Below, piece after piece: positions 1-8,675 of a DNA stretch of 64,000 nucleotides. The translations under genes were made by a program, and so were the position numbers. How positions within the stretch are numbered: position 1 is the stretch's first letter; every line of letters starts with the position of its first letter. Location: NCBI GenBank assembly GCA_947302715.1, contig CAMYVY010000009.1:11648-75647 (forward strand), read 5' to 3'. The notes below the pieces were generated by a model. The model was not told the origin of the DNA. It made no database searches and was given only the letters and a program-made list of their open reading frames with translations. Source of the stretch: an uncultured Clostridia bacterium (GTDB lineage Bacteria; Bacillota; Clostridia; Peptostreptococcales; Anaerovoracaceae).

Positions 1-1
1 A

Positions 2-646
2 TTCGCGTCGGCAAACGGAAAAAAGGATTGCGCAATACTTCTAAATTGCCGGACCCTGGATTGCCGGTATGTTCCGCTTAATCTCAGTGGCTATCAAATT
101 CTCATCATCAATACCAACAAGCCGCACGAGCTTGTAAATAGCGCATTTAACAAAAGGCGAAGCGAATGCGAAGAGGCGCTTGAGAACCTCAAGTCCTGTT
201 TCACAAACATCACCGCCCTCTGCGAGCTTACACCTGATGAGCTTTCTAAGAATCTTTCTGCCATAAAGGGGGAAGCCCAGAAGAAACGCGCCATTCACGC
301 GGTCACCGAAGAAGCGAGGACCGTAGCTGCTTTTGATGCGCTTAAACGTGGAGACCTATCTTCCTTCGGTCTGCTCATGAAGGAGTCGCATTCTTCCCTT
401 AGAGACAATTACGAGGTGTCCTGCCCGGAACTTGATTACCTGGTTGAATTAACAAGCGGCATGGAATGTGTTCTGGGATCGAAAATGACAGGCGGTGGCT
501 TTGGTGGATGCACCGTAAACATAGTGAGAGAGGATTCCATTGCCACAATCAAAAAGCGTGTAGGGGATTTATACTTTTCTAAATTTGGATACGAAGCTTC
601 CTTTTATACCGCCGAGGCAGGTGACGGAGCTCATTTTCTGCTATAA
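2..646 (+). CDS. galK: Galactokinase, C-terminal part (5' truncated by window edge)
   Basis: Frame 2 is open from position 2: FASANGKKDCAILLNCRTL...NTNKPHEL...RRSECEEAL, continuing into the tracked ORF 377-646 with the GHMP motif SKMTGGGFGGC and 'SLRDNYEVSCPELD'. Confidence 0.9.
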   Translation, partial: FASANGKKDCAILLNCRTLDCRYVPLNLSGYQILIINTNKPHELVNSAFNKRRSECEEALENLKSCFTNITALCELTPDELSKNLSAIKGEAQKKRAIHAVTEEARTVAAFDALKRGDLSSFGLLMKESHSSLRDNYEVSCPELDYLVELTSGMECVLGSKMTGGGFGGCTVNIVREDSIATIKKRVGDLYFSKFGYEASFYTAEAGDGAHFLL

Positions 647-774
647 TATACGGTGATAGAAAAATGATAGAAAACAGTAGTGACGATCAGAGACTGTTAA
701 ATGGACAATGATAAACAGGCAACAATATCTAACCGAGCTGAACTTTACCGAACTGAACTTTATATGGAGGAAAA

Positions 775-2181
775 ATGAATACGCGGAGATTGACAAAGAA
801 GGAAATGTGGATATTTGCGATTGGTCAGCTTGGATGGTCAATCTTAGGAGGCATAATTAACACTTGGCTTGTAACGTTTTATCTGCCTACCAGCGGTTCC
901 GTTGAGGCAGGAGCAAAGTTCTACGTGCCCACGGGACTTGTTGTAGGTGGAGTGCTTACGGTACTTGGCCTTATAACTTTTGTTTGCCGAATCTTTGATG
1001 CGGTTACAGACCCTCTAATAGCTTCCATCTCTGATAGAACCACGAACCCAAAGGGACGTAGAATCCCGTTTATGGGAAAGGCTGCGGTTCCCTTTGCTGT
1101 TATAACGGTACTCATATTCTGCGCTCCAATTGATCATATCAGCGGCATTAATATCGCATGGATTCTGGTTTTCTTGATCCTGTTTTATCTCTTTATGACG
1201 ATGTACTGCACGCCTTACAATGCCTTGATTTCTGAATTCGGAAAAACGCAGGAAGACCGCATGTACATATCCACAGCCATTTCTTTGACATTCTTCTTCG
1301 GCACTCTGATTGCATATCTTCCATTTATGCTGGCAGGGCCGCTTCAAAGCATGGTTGGCTACAGTTGGAGCTACAGAATCTGGTTTATCATTCTTGCTGT
1401 AATAGCTCTAATCTGTATGCTCATTCCTGTCATTAAACTTAACGAGAGGGACTTCGTCGATGCAAAACCTTCGGAAACGGATATGTTTAGGAGCCTCAGG
1501 TCCACATTCAAAAACAAGGAATTCCTAAAGTTTGCTGCTTCAGATATTGCGTACTGGGTTGGCTTAACTCTTTTCCAGACAGGTCTTCCGTTCTTTGTAA
1601 AGGTTTCGATGCAATTGGATGAATTCTTTACCACAGTTTTTCTTGGATCGATGACTATTCTATCCGCTTGTTTCTATCCGTTTGTAACAAAGTTGGTAAT
1701 GAAGTTCGGAAAGAAGAGACTTGTTATTGCGGGATTCCTCGGTTTGGCCCTGGCGTACTTGGTTACAGCTTTGATTGGGGTGTTGCCGCTTCCGGGAATG
1801 GTCTTTGGTATCCTGATTGTGGTTATAGCTGCATTCCCTATGGCGCTTCTTGGAATCATTCCGCAGTCCATTGTAGCGGACGTGGCTGAGGAAGATGCGA
1901 TTCTGACTGGCGAGAACAGAGAAGGAATGTTCTTTGCTGCCAGAACATTTTCAATGAAACTCGGTCAGTCGATAGCTATGCTGGCCTTTACATCTCTTGC
2001 TGTTCTGGGAACCGTCCAGGATATTACAGCTAACGACCTTACCGCTTCTGAAACGGGCCTCAGAATAGTTGCCATCGCAGCGGTATTATTCTGCGCGCTT
2101 GGTGCCGTGATTTTAGGTTCTTACAACGAGAAAAAAATCATGGACACAATAGAAAGCGTCGAAAAAGAAAACATCAAATAG
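775..2181 (+). CDS. MFS sugar transporter, glycoside-pentoside-hexuronide (MelB-like) family
   Basis: 468 aa with about 12 hydrophobic segments; motifs 'RIFDAVTDPLI..ISDRT..GRRIPF' and 'ENREGMFF'; GGAGG RBS upstream. Confidence 0.85.
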   Translation: MNTRRLTKKEMWIFAIGQLGWSILGGIINTWLVTFYLPTSGSVEAGAKFYVPTGLVVGGVLTVLGLITFVCRIFDAVTDPLIASISDRTTNPKGRRIPFMGKAAVPFAVITVLIFCAPIDHISGINIAWILVFLILFYLFMTMYCTPYNALISEFGKTQEDRMYISTAISLTFFFGTLIAYLPFMLAGPLQSMVGYSWSYRIWFIILAVIALICMLIPVIKLNERDFVDAKPSETDMFRSLRSTFKNKEFLKFAASDIAYWVGLTLFQTGLPFFVKVSMQLDEFFTTVFLGSMTILSACFYPFVTKLVMKFGKKRLVIAGFLGLALAYLVTALIGVLPLPGMVFGILIVVIAAFPMALLGIIPQSIVADVAEEDAILTGENREGMFFAARTFSMKLGQSIAMLAFTSLAVLGTVQDITANDLTASETGLRIVAIAAVLFCALGAVILGSYNEKKIMDTIESVEKENIK

Positions 2182-2212
2182 AATTAGCGGTAGTTAGAGA
2201 AGGAAAAACAAT

Positions 2213-3865
2213 ATGGAGTTCAGTCTTACCTATGCTATAGATGGAAAGGAAATAACCTCTACTTTGATTGAAAATGAGGATTATTGTCTTGAGATATCCG
2301 AGGAGGAGGGGGGAGCAAGGTTCACGCCGGGCGGTTCTCAATTTGTAATGAAGATAATTGCCAAGCGTCCTCTCACTCTAATTAAAGCCAAGGTTATGAT
2401 CCCCCAAAGTTTATCAAAGGGCGATTGGATTTATGCCAATGGATTCCAGTCCTGGACTGATACTCGAGAGTTTTCCTTTGATGAGGTACTAAGGGATTTG
2501 GGCAAGGTGCCTGCATTTATAAGACAGCGTTTTCATTTGGATTCCTACGGCGATTCCTATTTTTACAAATACAGAGAAAATGAAATTCATAGTTTCACAT
2601 ATGGCTATGTAAGACATCCCGATGGGACAGCGGAACTTATTGGCTCCAGAAATTTTGAAAATGCCTATCTCATAATAGCCTACGAAAAAGATCTTAATCG
2701 CTTAACCGCAAGATCCGACTGCGCGTGTAAGTATGTTGAGAAAGAGTTTACACTATTTTCATTTGTACTTTATTCCGGAAAGTCTTTTGAAATTCTCAGC
2801 AAGTATTTTGAGACACTCGGAAAATGTGATGCCCAGCCGATCAAAGGCTATACCTCATGGTATCGTTTTTATCAAAACATAGATGAAAAGAAGATGTTGG
2901 AGAATCTCAAAGGGATTGATTCCAGTGAGTTTAATCTTTTTCAGATTGACGATGGATATGAGACCCACGTTGGTGATTGGCTGGATGTTGACCCCAAAAA
3001 ATTTCCCTCCGGTCTAAATCCGATTGTAAATAGAATTCATGAGAAAGGCCTTCTTGCAGGAATATGGATTGCACCTTTTGTTTGTGAGGAAAAGAGCAGA
3101 CTCTATAAGGAGCATCCCGATTGGATATATAAAGAAGAAGGAGAAACCCCTGTACACTCAGGAAACAATTGGGGTGGCCATGTTGCCTTGGATATTCGAA
3201 AAGAAGAAGTTCAGGGATATATTAGAAGTGTGCTTAAGCATTACATAGACATGGGCTTTGATCTCTTTAAACTTGATTTTCTATATGCTGCAAGTCTTAT
3301 ACGTGATGATAATGGCGGTAGAACAAGGGCTGAAATTATGCGAATGGGGATGAAGCTGCTAAGGGATTGCCTTAAGGATAAATTGCTTCTTGCTTGTGGA
3401 GTTCCTTTGTCTTCGGCATTTGGTTTGGCTGACTATGCCAGAATAGGCCCGGATGTGTCTCTTAGTTTTGACGATAAGTTTTACATGAGAAGAATGCACA
3501 GAGAACGGATATCCACAAAGCTAACAATTCAGAATACGGTTTTTCGCTCCTGTATGGATGGCACGGTATTTAGATGTGACCCGGATGTATTTCTCCTAAG
3601 GGACAAAGACATACGTCTTAGCAAGGATCAGAGAAGGGCGCTTGTAATGCTGAACCATCTATGTGGCTCGGTGTATATGACCAGCGATGATGTGGGTCAA
3701 TATGATGCCGAAAAGAGAGCCGTATTGAAAGAAGCCAGAAATCTTTCCGATGCTTCGATCGAGGATATTAGTTTTGATGGCCGGATTATAGAAATAAAAT
3801 ATAGATTGGATAAGTCATTTGTTCTTAGATACGATACGCAGAAGGGGGTTCTACTTGATGGCTAA
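2213..3865 (+). CDS. Alpha-galactosidase, GH36 (clan GH-D)
   Basis: Motifs 'GYTSWY', 'FQIDDGY...GDW', 'KFPSGL', 'AGIWIAPF', nucleophile 'FKLDF', acid/base 'RIGPD'; located next to galK. Confidence 0.85.
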   Translation: MEFSLTYAIDGKEITSTLIENEDYCLEISEEEGGARFTPGGSQFVMKIIAKRPLTLIKAKVMIPQSLSKGDWIYANGFQSWTDTREFSFDEVLRDLGKVPAFIRQRFHLDSYGDSYFYKYRENEIHSFTYGYVRHPDGTAELIGSRNFENAYLIIAYEKDLNRLTARSDCACKYVEKEFTLFSFVLYSGKSFEILSKYFETLGKCDAQPIKGYTSWYRFYQNIDEKKMLENLKGIDSSEFNLFQIDDGYETHVGDWLDVDPKKFPSGLNPIVNRIHEKGLLAGIWIAPFVCEEKSRLYKEHPDWIYKEEGETPVHSGNNWGGHVALDIRKEEVQGYIRSVLKHYIDMGFDLFKLDFLYAASLIRDDNGGRTRAEIMRMGMKLLRDCLKDKLLLACGVPLSSAFGLADYARIGPDVSLSFDDKFYMRRMHRERISTKLTIQNTVFRSCMDGTVFRCDPDVFLLRDKDIRLSKDQRRALVMLNHLCGSVYMTSDDVGQYDAEKRAVLKEARNLSDASIEDISFDGRIIEIKYRLDKSFVLRYDTQKGVLLDG

Positions 3866-5468
3866 GAATATATCAAAGCTTGTGGCTGCCGGAGTTGCTA
3901 TTGGAGTTGCTGCCGGCATGACCAAGGACGTTGCTGCCGGCGTTGGAAAAATGCTTGACAGGAGCAGCGTGATTTTTGGTAATGCCATGGATGCTGCCGT
4001 ACTGCGTAAGGCGGAAAAATCAAAGCAGAAATTCATAAAAAAGTATGGTGATGATTCTCAGAAGAAATACCATCTGGGCCTTGAACCCATAAACCAGATA
4101 TCCGAGATAAAGCTTCAAAACCTTGTTCATTCTGAGGAGCCCCTCGTTCTTCCGGAAAACCCTCTGATTGTTGGTAACATCCGCATGGGATTTGGACACT
4201 ACAGGATTTCACTGGCCATAGCATCCTGCGCACAAGCCATGGGATTTACACCTGTATGGTTCGACCTTGCTTCCTTTGATGCAACCGGATCTTCAATGAT
4301 AAGATCACAGAATGACCTTTATTCTTTGGGATCAAAGATTTCGCAGAAGAGCAGATTATTTAATTACTTCGTTTGGGAACCTATGAACAGCGAAGGATTC
4401 AAGAGGATTACATATAATGCTACTGATCAAAAGAATGCTGAGCTGTTGGTGCCATTGTATGGCGACCTTCCGAAGAATGTTCCCTTTGCTGCAACACATG
4501 TATGGCCCAGCCAGGGGGCGGTCCATGCAGGACTGACAAATGTAGTTAATGCAATTCCGGACAACTGGCCCATGGGACTGCACCTATCTGAGGGTTCAAT
4601 TCATGCGGTTCAAACTCCATTCGCCTACCTTGGTTACAAGTCACTAAATGGCATGGCAAAGCATCCGCTGAAACACATTCCTGATAATGATTTATTTGAG
4701 GTTGGTCACTATGTTGATCACGAGATTGTTTCAAATGTTGAACAGGATTGTGAGAGGAGAATCTGGCGACAAAACGCCAAAGCGCCGGTACGCTTCCTGC
4801 TTACAGTTGGCGGAGCAGGTGCAGGAGGAGACCTTTATGTTGACATGACAAAGCACCTTCTGGAACACGTAAAGGCTGGACGAGCCAGCGTCATCATTAA
4901 TTTTGGAGATCATCTCAGTATGTGGGATGTCTTTAAGAAAAAAATCCCCGGAATTGAGAAGATAACAAAGACCTACTTTGATGATTATGCTGGATTAAGG
5001 GATTTTGCTGATGCATATGTGAACGGGGATGCGAATTGGAACGCAAATGCGACAGAGAATGCGGATGCCAATGCCAATGCCAATACCAAGATACAGGGAG
5101 CTTGTTCTGATTCAGCAATAATAGCGGTATGCAACAAAGACATTTTCGAGGCAGTTTATTCTACTAACCTTTTGATGAGGGGATGCGATATACTTGTGAC
5201 TAAACCAAGCGAGCTTGTCTTCTACCCGGTTCCCAAATTATTTATGCGTCATATCGGTGGTCATGAAGTATACGGCGCAATGCATGCCCAAGAGATAGGC
5301 GATGCGACCAACGAGTGCAAGACCTCGAAGGAAATATGCGACATGATAGACATACTGGTTGAAGATAGAAAAATCATAACCCATATGTGCGAGCGAATAG
5401 TCTCTCTGAAAGAGTACGGAATTTATAACGGTGGTTATGAAGTTGTTAAACTGGCTGCCAAGATATAA
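3858..5468 (+). CDS. Conserved hypothetical protein with GT-B / MGDG-synthase-like (GT28-like) motifs
   Basis: 'GNIRMGFGHYR', 'LLTVGGAGAG' and 'DILVTKPSEL' resemble GT28/UgtP motifs. ATG at 3858 overlaps the GH36 stop (TAA 3863-3865), preferred over the tracked start 3819. Confidence 0.55.
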   Translation: MAKNISKLVAAGVAIGVAAGMTKDVAAGVGKMLDRSSVIFGNAMDAAVLRKAEKSKQKFIKKYGDDSQKKYHLGLEPINQISEIKLQNLVHSEEPLVLPENPLIVGNIRMGFGHYRISLAIASCAQAMGFTPVWFDLASFDATGSSMIRSQNDLYSLGSKISQKSRLFNYFVWEPMNSEGFKRITYNATDQKNAELLVPLYGDLPKNVPFAATHVWPSQGAVHAGLTNVVNAIPDNWPMGLHLSEGSIHAVQTPFAYLGYKSLNGMAKHPLKHIPDNDLFEVGHYVDHEIVSNVEQDCERRIWRQNAKAPVRFLLTVGGAGAGGDLYVDMTKHLLEHVKAGRASVIINFGDHLSMWDVFKKKIPGIEKITKTYFDDYAGLRDFADAYVNGDANWNANATENADANANANTKIQGACSDSAIIAVCNKDIFEAVYSTNLLMRGCDILVTKPSELVFYPVPKLFMRHIGGHEVYGAMHAQEIGDATNECKTSKEICDMIDILVEDRKIITHMCERIVSLKEYGIYNGGYEVVKLAAKI

Positions 5469-5560
5469 TCTTTGTAAAGCAACTTGCACTCTATCTTTCC
5501 CCCATGTTATCATAGGAGTAAGTTATCGTTCGAGATAAAGTATAAGTTAGAGAGCAGGAT

Positions 5561-5669
5561 ATGGGAATCTATATAAATCCGGGTAATAGGTGGATTCACG
5601 AGAATTTTTAATAGTGAATACATCGACAAAACCGGTATAATAGAGCTGGTAAACAAAAGTATTGATACT
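5561..5669 (+). pseudogene. Frameshifted, truncated N-terminus of an AAA-ATPase-like/PD-(D/E)XK nuclease family gene
   Basis: ATG 5561 gives MGIYINPGN; after a 1-nt shift it reads GFTRIFNSEYIDKTGIIELVNKSIDT, matching the family start 'MGxYxNPGN..F....NS.YVDKT'. No Walker A follows. Promoter-like TTGCAC (5484) and TGtTATCAT (5505-5513) lie upstream. Confidence 0.6.
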
Positions 5670-5729
5670 ACTCTTTTGCTGCGCAGATGCTGCTGGCGAA
5701 TAGATGAAAATACATAAGCACAAGAGATA

Positions 5730-5761
5730 CAAGAGACGGCCTCAGGTGGGGCCGTCTCTTG
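5730..5761. terminator. Hairpin between convergent transcription units
   Basis: Perfect 12-bp stem caagagacggcc / ggccgtctcttg. Confidence 0.7.
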
Positions 5762-5796
5762 CACGATTTGATGATACTTATTGTGTATGAAGAAAT

Positions 5797-7557
5797 TTAT
5801 TGAAAAAGGATTCTTCTATATAGTTCTGCGAATTTATTTAAGGCCTGAAGTCCGTCTATTATTCTGTTCATGTTTCTAACTAACAAGGTTTCATATAAAC
5901 CATATTCCAATGAATCTTTATCAAATTCATCAAGCCTTGGGAGATCCGCCAACAGAGGAACCGGTGATGAAAGATTGGAGTGCCCATATCTATCTTGCTC
6001 ATATTTAGAAGCATATGTCTTAAAAATGTTCGAAAGAGAGCGGCTGCAGATTTTGAGAAAGTCGTTATAATCACTAATTGATTCTCTTTCCGTACCCTCG
6101 GAATCGAATAGGGCTTTTGCAGTCTTCTGAATACCGAGGACATTTTCCTTTGCTTCAAGGTACTCCTTTTCCAAGTCGCGGAAGTTTAAATGAGATTTAT
6201 ACCTTTCCATCAGGGGCAAAAGGTTTGCGTCGATCAGCTCAAAGTTTTTACTGAAGTCATAGGGGAGAATATCCGAGTTCAAAAGATTATAGATGAACTC
6301 CAAATGAATGCATGTATCCTTATACAGAATATCAGGATCACATTTATCCACGCCATCCTCGATAGTATGATTCCACCAGCCAAGAGTAGCACCGTGTGCG
6401 GCCTTTATATCTTCATCCGTAAAGGATATCCGCTGGCAAATCCCGGGAACGCCGATTCCCATATAACTCATGTCTCCTATCTTTTTAAGTGTCATCAGTC
6501 TAAGGTCTTCATCGGAGAGATAGGAAACATTGTTCCGTGCGAATGCATATAATTCGTCGCCGATTTTTATCTCAAGCAGTTTGGTGTCTCTTACGCCTGT
6601 GGAATCTATGTGCATATATGCGATACAGTTTTTATTGATCTCGTCCCAGTTGTGGTCGAGAAACCAGGTGGAACCGGCCGCTTCAGCTATTTCGTGTCCG
6701 TTCCAAAAAACAAAGTGGACATCGCGATTGAGCTCATTTCTATGTGCGGAAAGGATTCGACATAGCTCCAATGCGGTAGCATTTCCCGTTGCATTGCATG
6801 TGACTCCGGGTTCCCATGCATCAAGGTGCGATGCTATCAGCATGAATTCCTTTGACTTTCCATTTCCGCGGATTATACCATGTGGCTGATGAACCTTGCT
6901 CCAAGTCCTGTCCGCAATGGCGACCACATGAGCAATGACTTTTTTACCGGACTGTAAGGTTTCCTTTAGTCTGAGACCTGCACCGCGCGTTATACCAACG
7001 CCAATTAAATCGGGGATTTCATCAAAATTTTCAGGCGTGGGATTTCCCCATACTGACTTAATCGCACGATGACAAATAACTTCTTCGTCGTTGCCCCAAT
7101 TCATAGCCATGATACCAATAGCACCTTTTGAAGCAGCAATGCGTGCCTTTTCAGGAACAGGTGGTGCATAGGAAACTTCTACAAGAACCATCTTTCCTGT
7201 GACGTCAATATCTGCATAATCTTTTTCGCCACCGCTTCCGACATAGATAACCTCGACATCAACACCTTCTTCTCCTGTTGTTCTAATGTGCCCGCATGGA
7301 ATGCTATCGATTTCATATTCTTCAGGCATCAAAACTTTCACGGAGGAGGTGATTGGATTACTGTTATAAGTATTGAATTCCAGGTTCTCTACTTCAAGAC
7401 CGTAATCCCTCATTACCTCGGTTACGTAGATGGAAGCCCTATGCTCAGTTTCGCTCCCGGCAAGTCTATAAGGGAAGTTTTCAGTCATATACTTGATACG
7501 ATCAAACATACCCTCCTTGCTGACTTCATTTAATAATCCTTTAATATCATTCATCAT
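5797..7557 (-). CDS. M28 family peptidase with PA domain (atypical metal site)
   Basis: PA-like 'VIYVGSG...DVTGKMVLV', 'ASHLDAW', 'YMHIDSTG'. Start moved to MMNDIK because the tracked GTG at 7602 lies within the operator. Confidence 0.75.
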   Translation of the reverse strand: MMNDIKGLLNEVSKEGMFDRIKYMTENFPYRLAGSETEHRASIYVTEVMRDYGLEVENLEFNTYNSNPITSSVKVLMPEEYEIDSIPCGHIRTTGEEGVDVEVIYVGSGGEKDYADIDVTGKMVLVEVSYAPPVPEKARIAASKGAIGIMAMNWGNDEEVICHRAIKSVWGNPTPENFDEIPDLIGVGITRGAGLRLKETLQSGKKVIAHVVAIADRTWSKVHQPHGIIRGNGKSKEFMLIASHLDAWEPGVTCNATGNATALELCRILSAHRNELNRDVHFVFWNGHEIAEAAGSTWFLDHNWDEINKNCIAYMHIDSTGVRDTKLLEIKIGDELYAFARNNVSYLSDEDLRLMTLKKIGDMSYMGIGVPGICQRISFTDEDIKAAHGATLGWWNHTIEDGVDKCDPDILYKDTCIHLEFIYNLLNSDILPYDFSKNFELIDANLLPLMERYKSHLNFRDLEKEYLEAKENVLGIQKTAKALFDSEGTERESISDYNDFLKICSRSLSNIFKTYASKYEQDRYGHSNLSSPVPLLADLPRLDEFDKDSLEYGLYETLLVRNMNRIIDGLQALNKFAELYRRILFQ

Positions 7558-7593
7558 TGCTTTAACCCATAAACAAGATAAGAAATATGGTTG

Positions 7594-7607
7594 CTTGGTC
7601 ACCCAAT
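7594..7607 (-). promoter_or_regulatory. Putative GntR/FadR operator upstream of the M28 gene
   Basis: cttggtcacccaat; its reverse complement contains TTGGGTGACCAAG, identical to 8597-8609. Confidence 0.7.
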
Positions 7608-7615
7608 TTAAGTAA

Positions 7616-7644
7616 ATACTAATATATCACAATGTGAAAGTCAA
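7616..7644 (-). promoter_or_regulatory. Sigma-A-like promoter of the M28 gene
   Basis: Minus strand TTGACT-17 bp-TAGTAT, followed immediately by the operator. Confidence 0.55.
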
Positions 7645-7661
7645 TAAGAAATGAGAAATAA

Positions 7662-7691
7662 TTGACAATGTGATGTAAAGGGTGTTATAAA
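7662..7691 (+). promoter_or_regulatory. Sigma-A-like promoter of the gntR gene
   Basis: TTGACA-18 bp-TATAAA with extended TG. Confidence 0.5.
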
Positions 7692-7809
7692 ATAATCGTC
7701 GATGAATTAGTGACATAAATAAGAATGTAACTGCTCTTATTATTGAAATTTGAACACTCAAGCCATTAACCGACAGTGTTTGTCGATATGAATTGAAAGG
7801 TAGATAAAT

Positions 7810-8514
7810 ATGGTAGCAGGGAAGGACAATAAAATAAAAAGAACACTTCTGTATGAGGATGTAGTAAATAAGTTGTACGAACTAATCGACGAAAACAACT
7901 TCATGCCGGGTGACAAACTTCCAACAGAAAGAGAACTAACAGAGGCTTTGGGCATAAGCAGAAACGTGTTAAGAGAGTCATTTCACGTTCTGGAAAGAAG
8001 AGGAATCATTAGCTCCAGGCAAGGACAAGGTAGATTCTTAAGGCATCTGCCGGGTGATACAGATCAAGGGCTTCCGCTGACAACGCTAAGTGAAAACCTT
8101 GAACGATTTTCTATGATAGATGCCTATGAAGTCCGTCAAGTGCTTGAAATAAAAGCGATTGAGCTGATAATAAGAAATTCGGGTGAAGATGATTGGAAAG
8201 AACTTGATGAAGCTTTTTCTAAGTTGGAAAAGCATTTTGAAGCAACCGGAGATACTTCGGGAGAATTCGATATGCATAGACTATACGCGAAAAAAAGTGG
8301 GAGCTTTTATCTTGAACAGGTTTTAAACATTGTATTGGATAGCATTTTGGAAATGATGCATAGTAAAATGGTATTGGTGCTATCCAGACATGACCAGCAA
8401 ACTGAGCTAAACAGTCACAAAGAAATAATTTCGGCAATAAAGTCGAGAGATACTGAACGCGCCAAAATGTTGATATTTAACCATTTACAGCAGACGATGG
8501 ATATGCTTAAATGA
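7810..8514 (+). CDS. GntR/FadR family transcriptional regulator
   Basis: wHTH 'PGDKLPTERELTEALGISRNVLRESFHVLE..GII.SRQGQGRF' plus FCD-like C-terminus 'HKEIISAIKSRD.ERA'. Confidence 0.9.
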   Translation: MVAGKDNKIKRTLLYEDVVNKLYELIDENNFMPGDKLPTERELTEALGISRNVLRESFHVLERRGIISSRQGQGRFLRHLPGDTDQGLPLTTLSENLERFSMIDAYEVRQVLEIKAIELIIRNSGEDDWKELDEAFSKLEKHFEATGDTSGEFDMHRLYAKKSGSFYLEQVLNIVLDSILEMMHSKMVLVLSRHDQQTELNSHKEIISAIKSRDTERAKMLIFNHLQQTMDMLK

Positions 8515-8558
8515 ATTGTATTCACCGCAAAGGAAACTCCAAAATTGTCAAATAATTA

Positions 8559-8609
8559 TTGACACCAAAGAGGCGGTGATATATTATTTAAATATCTTGG
8601 GTGACCAAG
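8559..8609 (+). promoter_or_regulatory. Promoter and operator of the ABC/hydrolase operon
   Basis: TTGACA (8559) -17 bp- TATTAT (8582), then the inverted repeat CTTGG-GTGA-CCAAG (8596-8609). Confidence 0.7.
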
Positions 8610-8675
8610 TAAACAAATGCTAAAAATGGATGAACAAATTTTGCTGAAGAATAAAAGGATAGTAGGAGGAGAAAG

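Noticed and set aside
5510-5764. Minus-strand ORFs of 84 and 61 aa
   Set aside because: Antisense to the AAA-ATPase relic and overlapping the terminator; no RBS.
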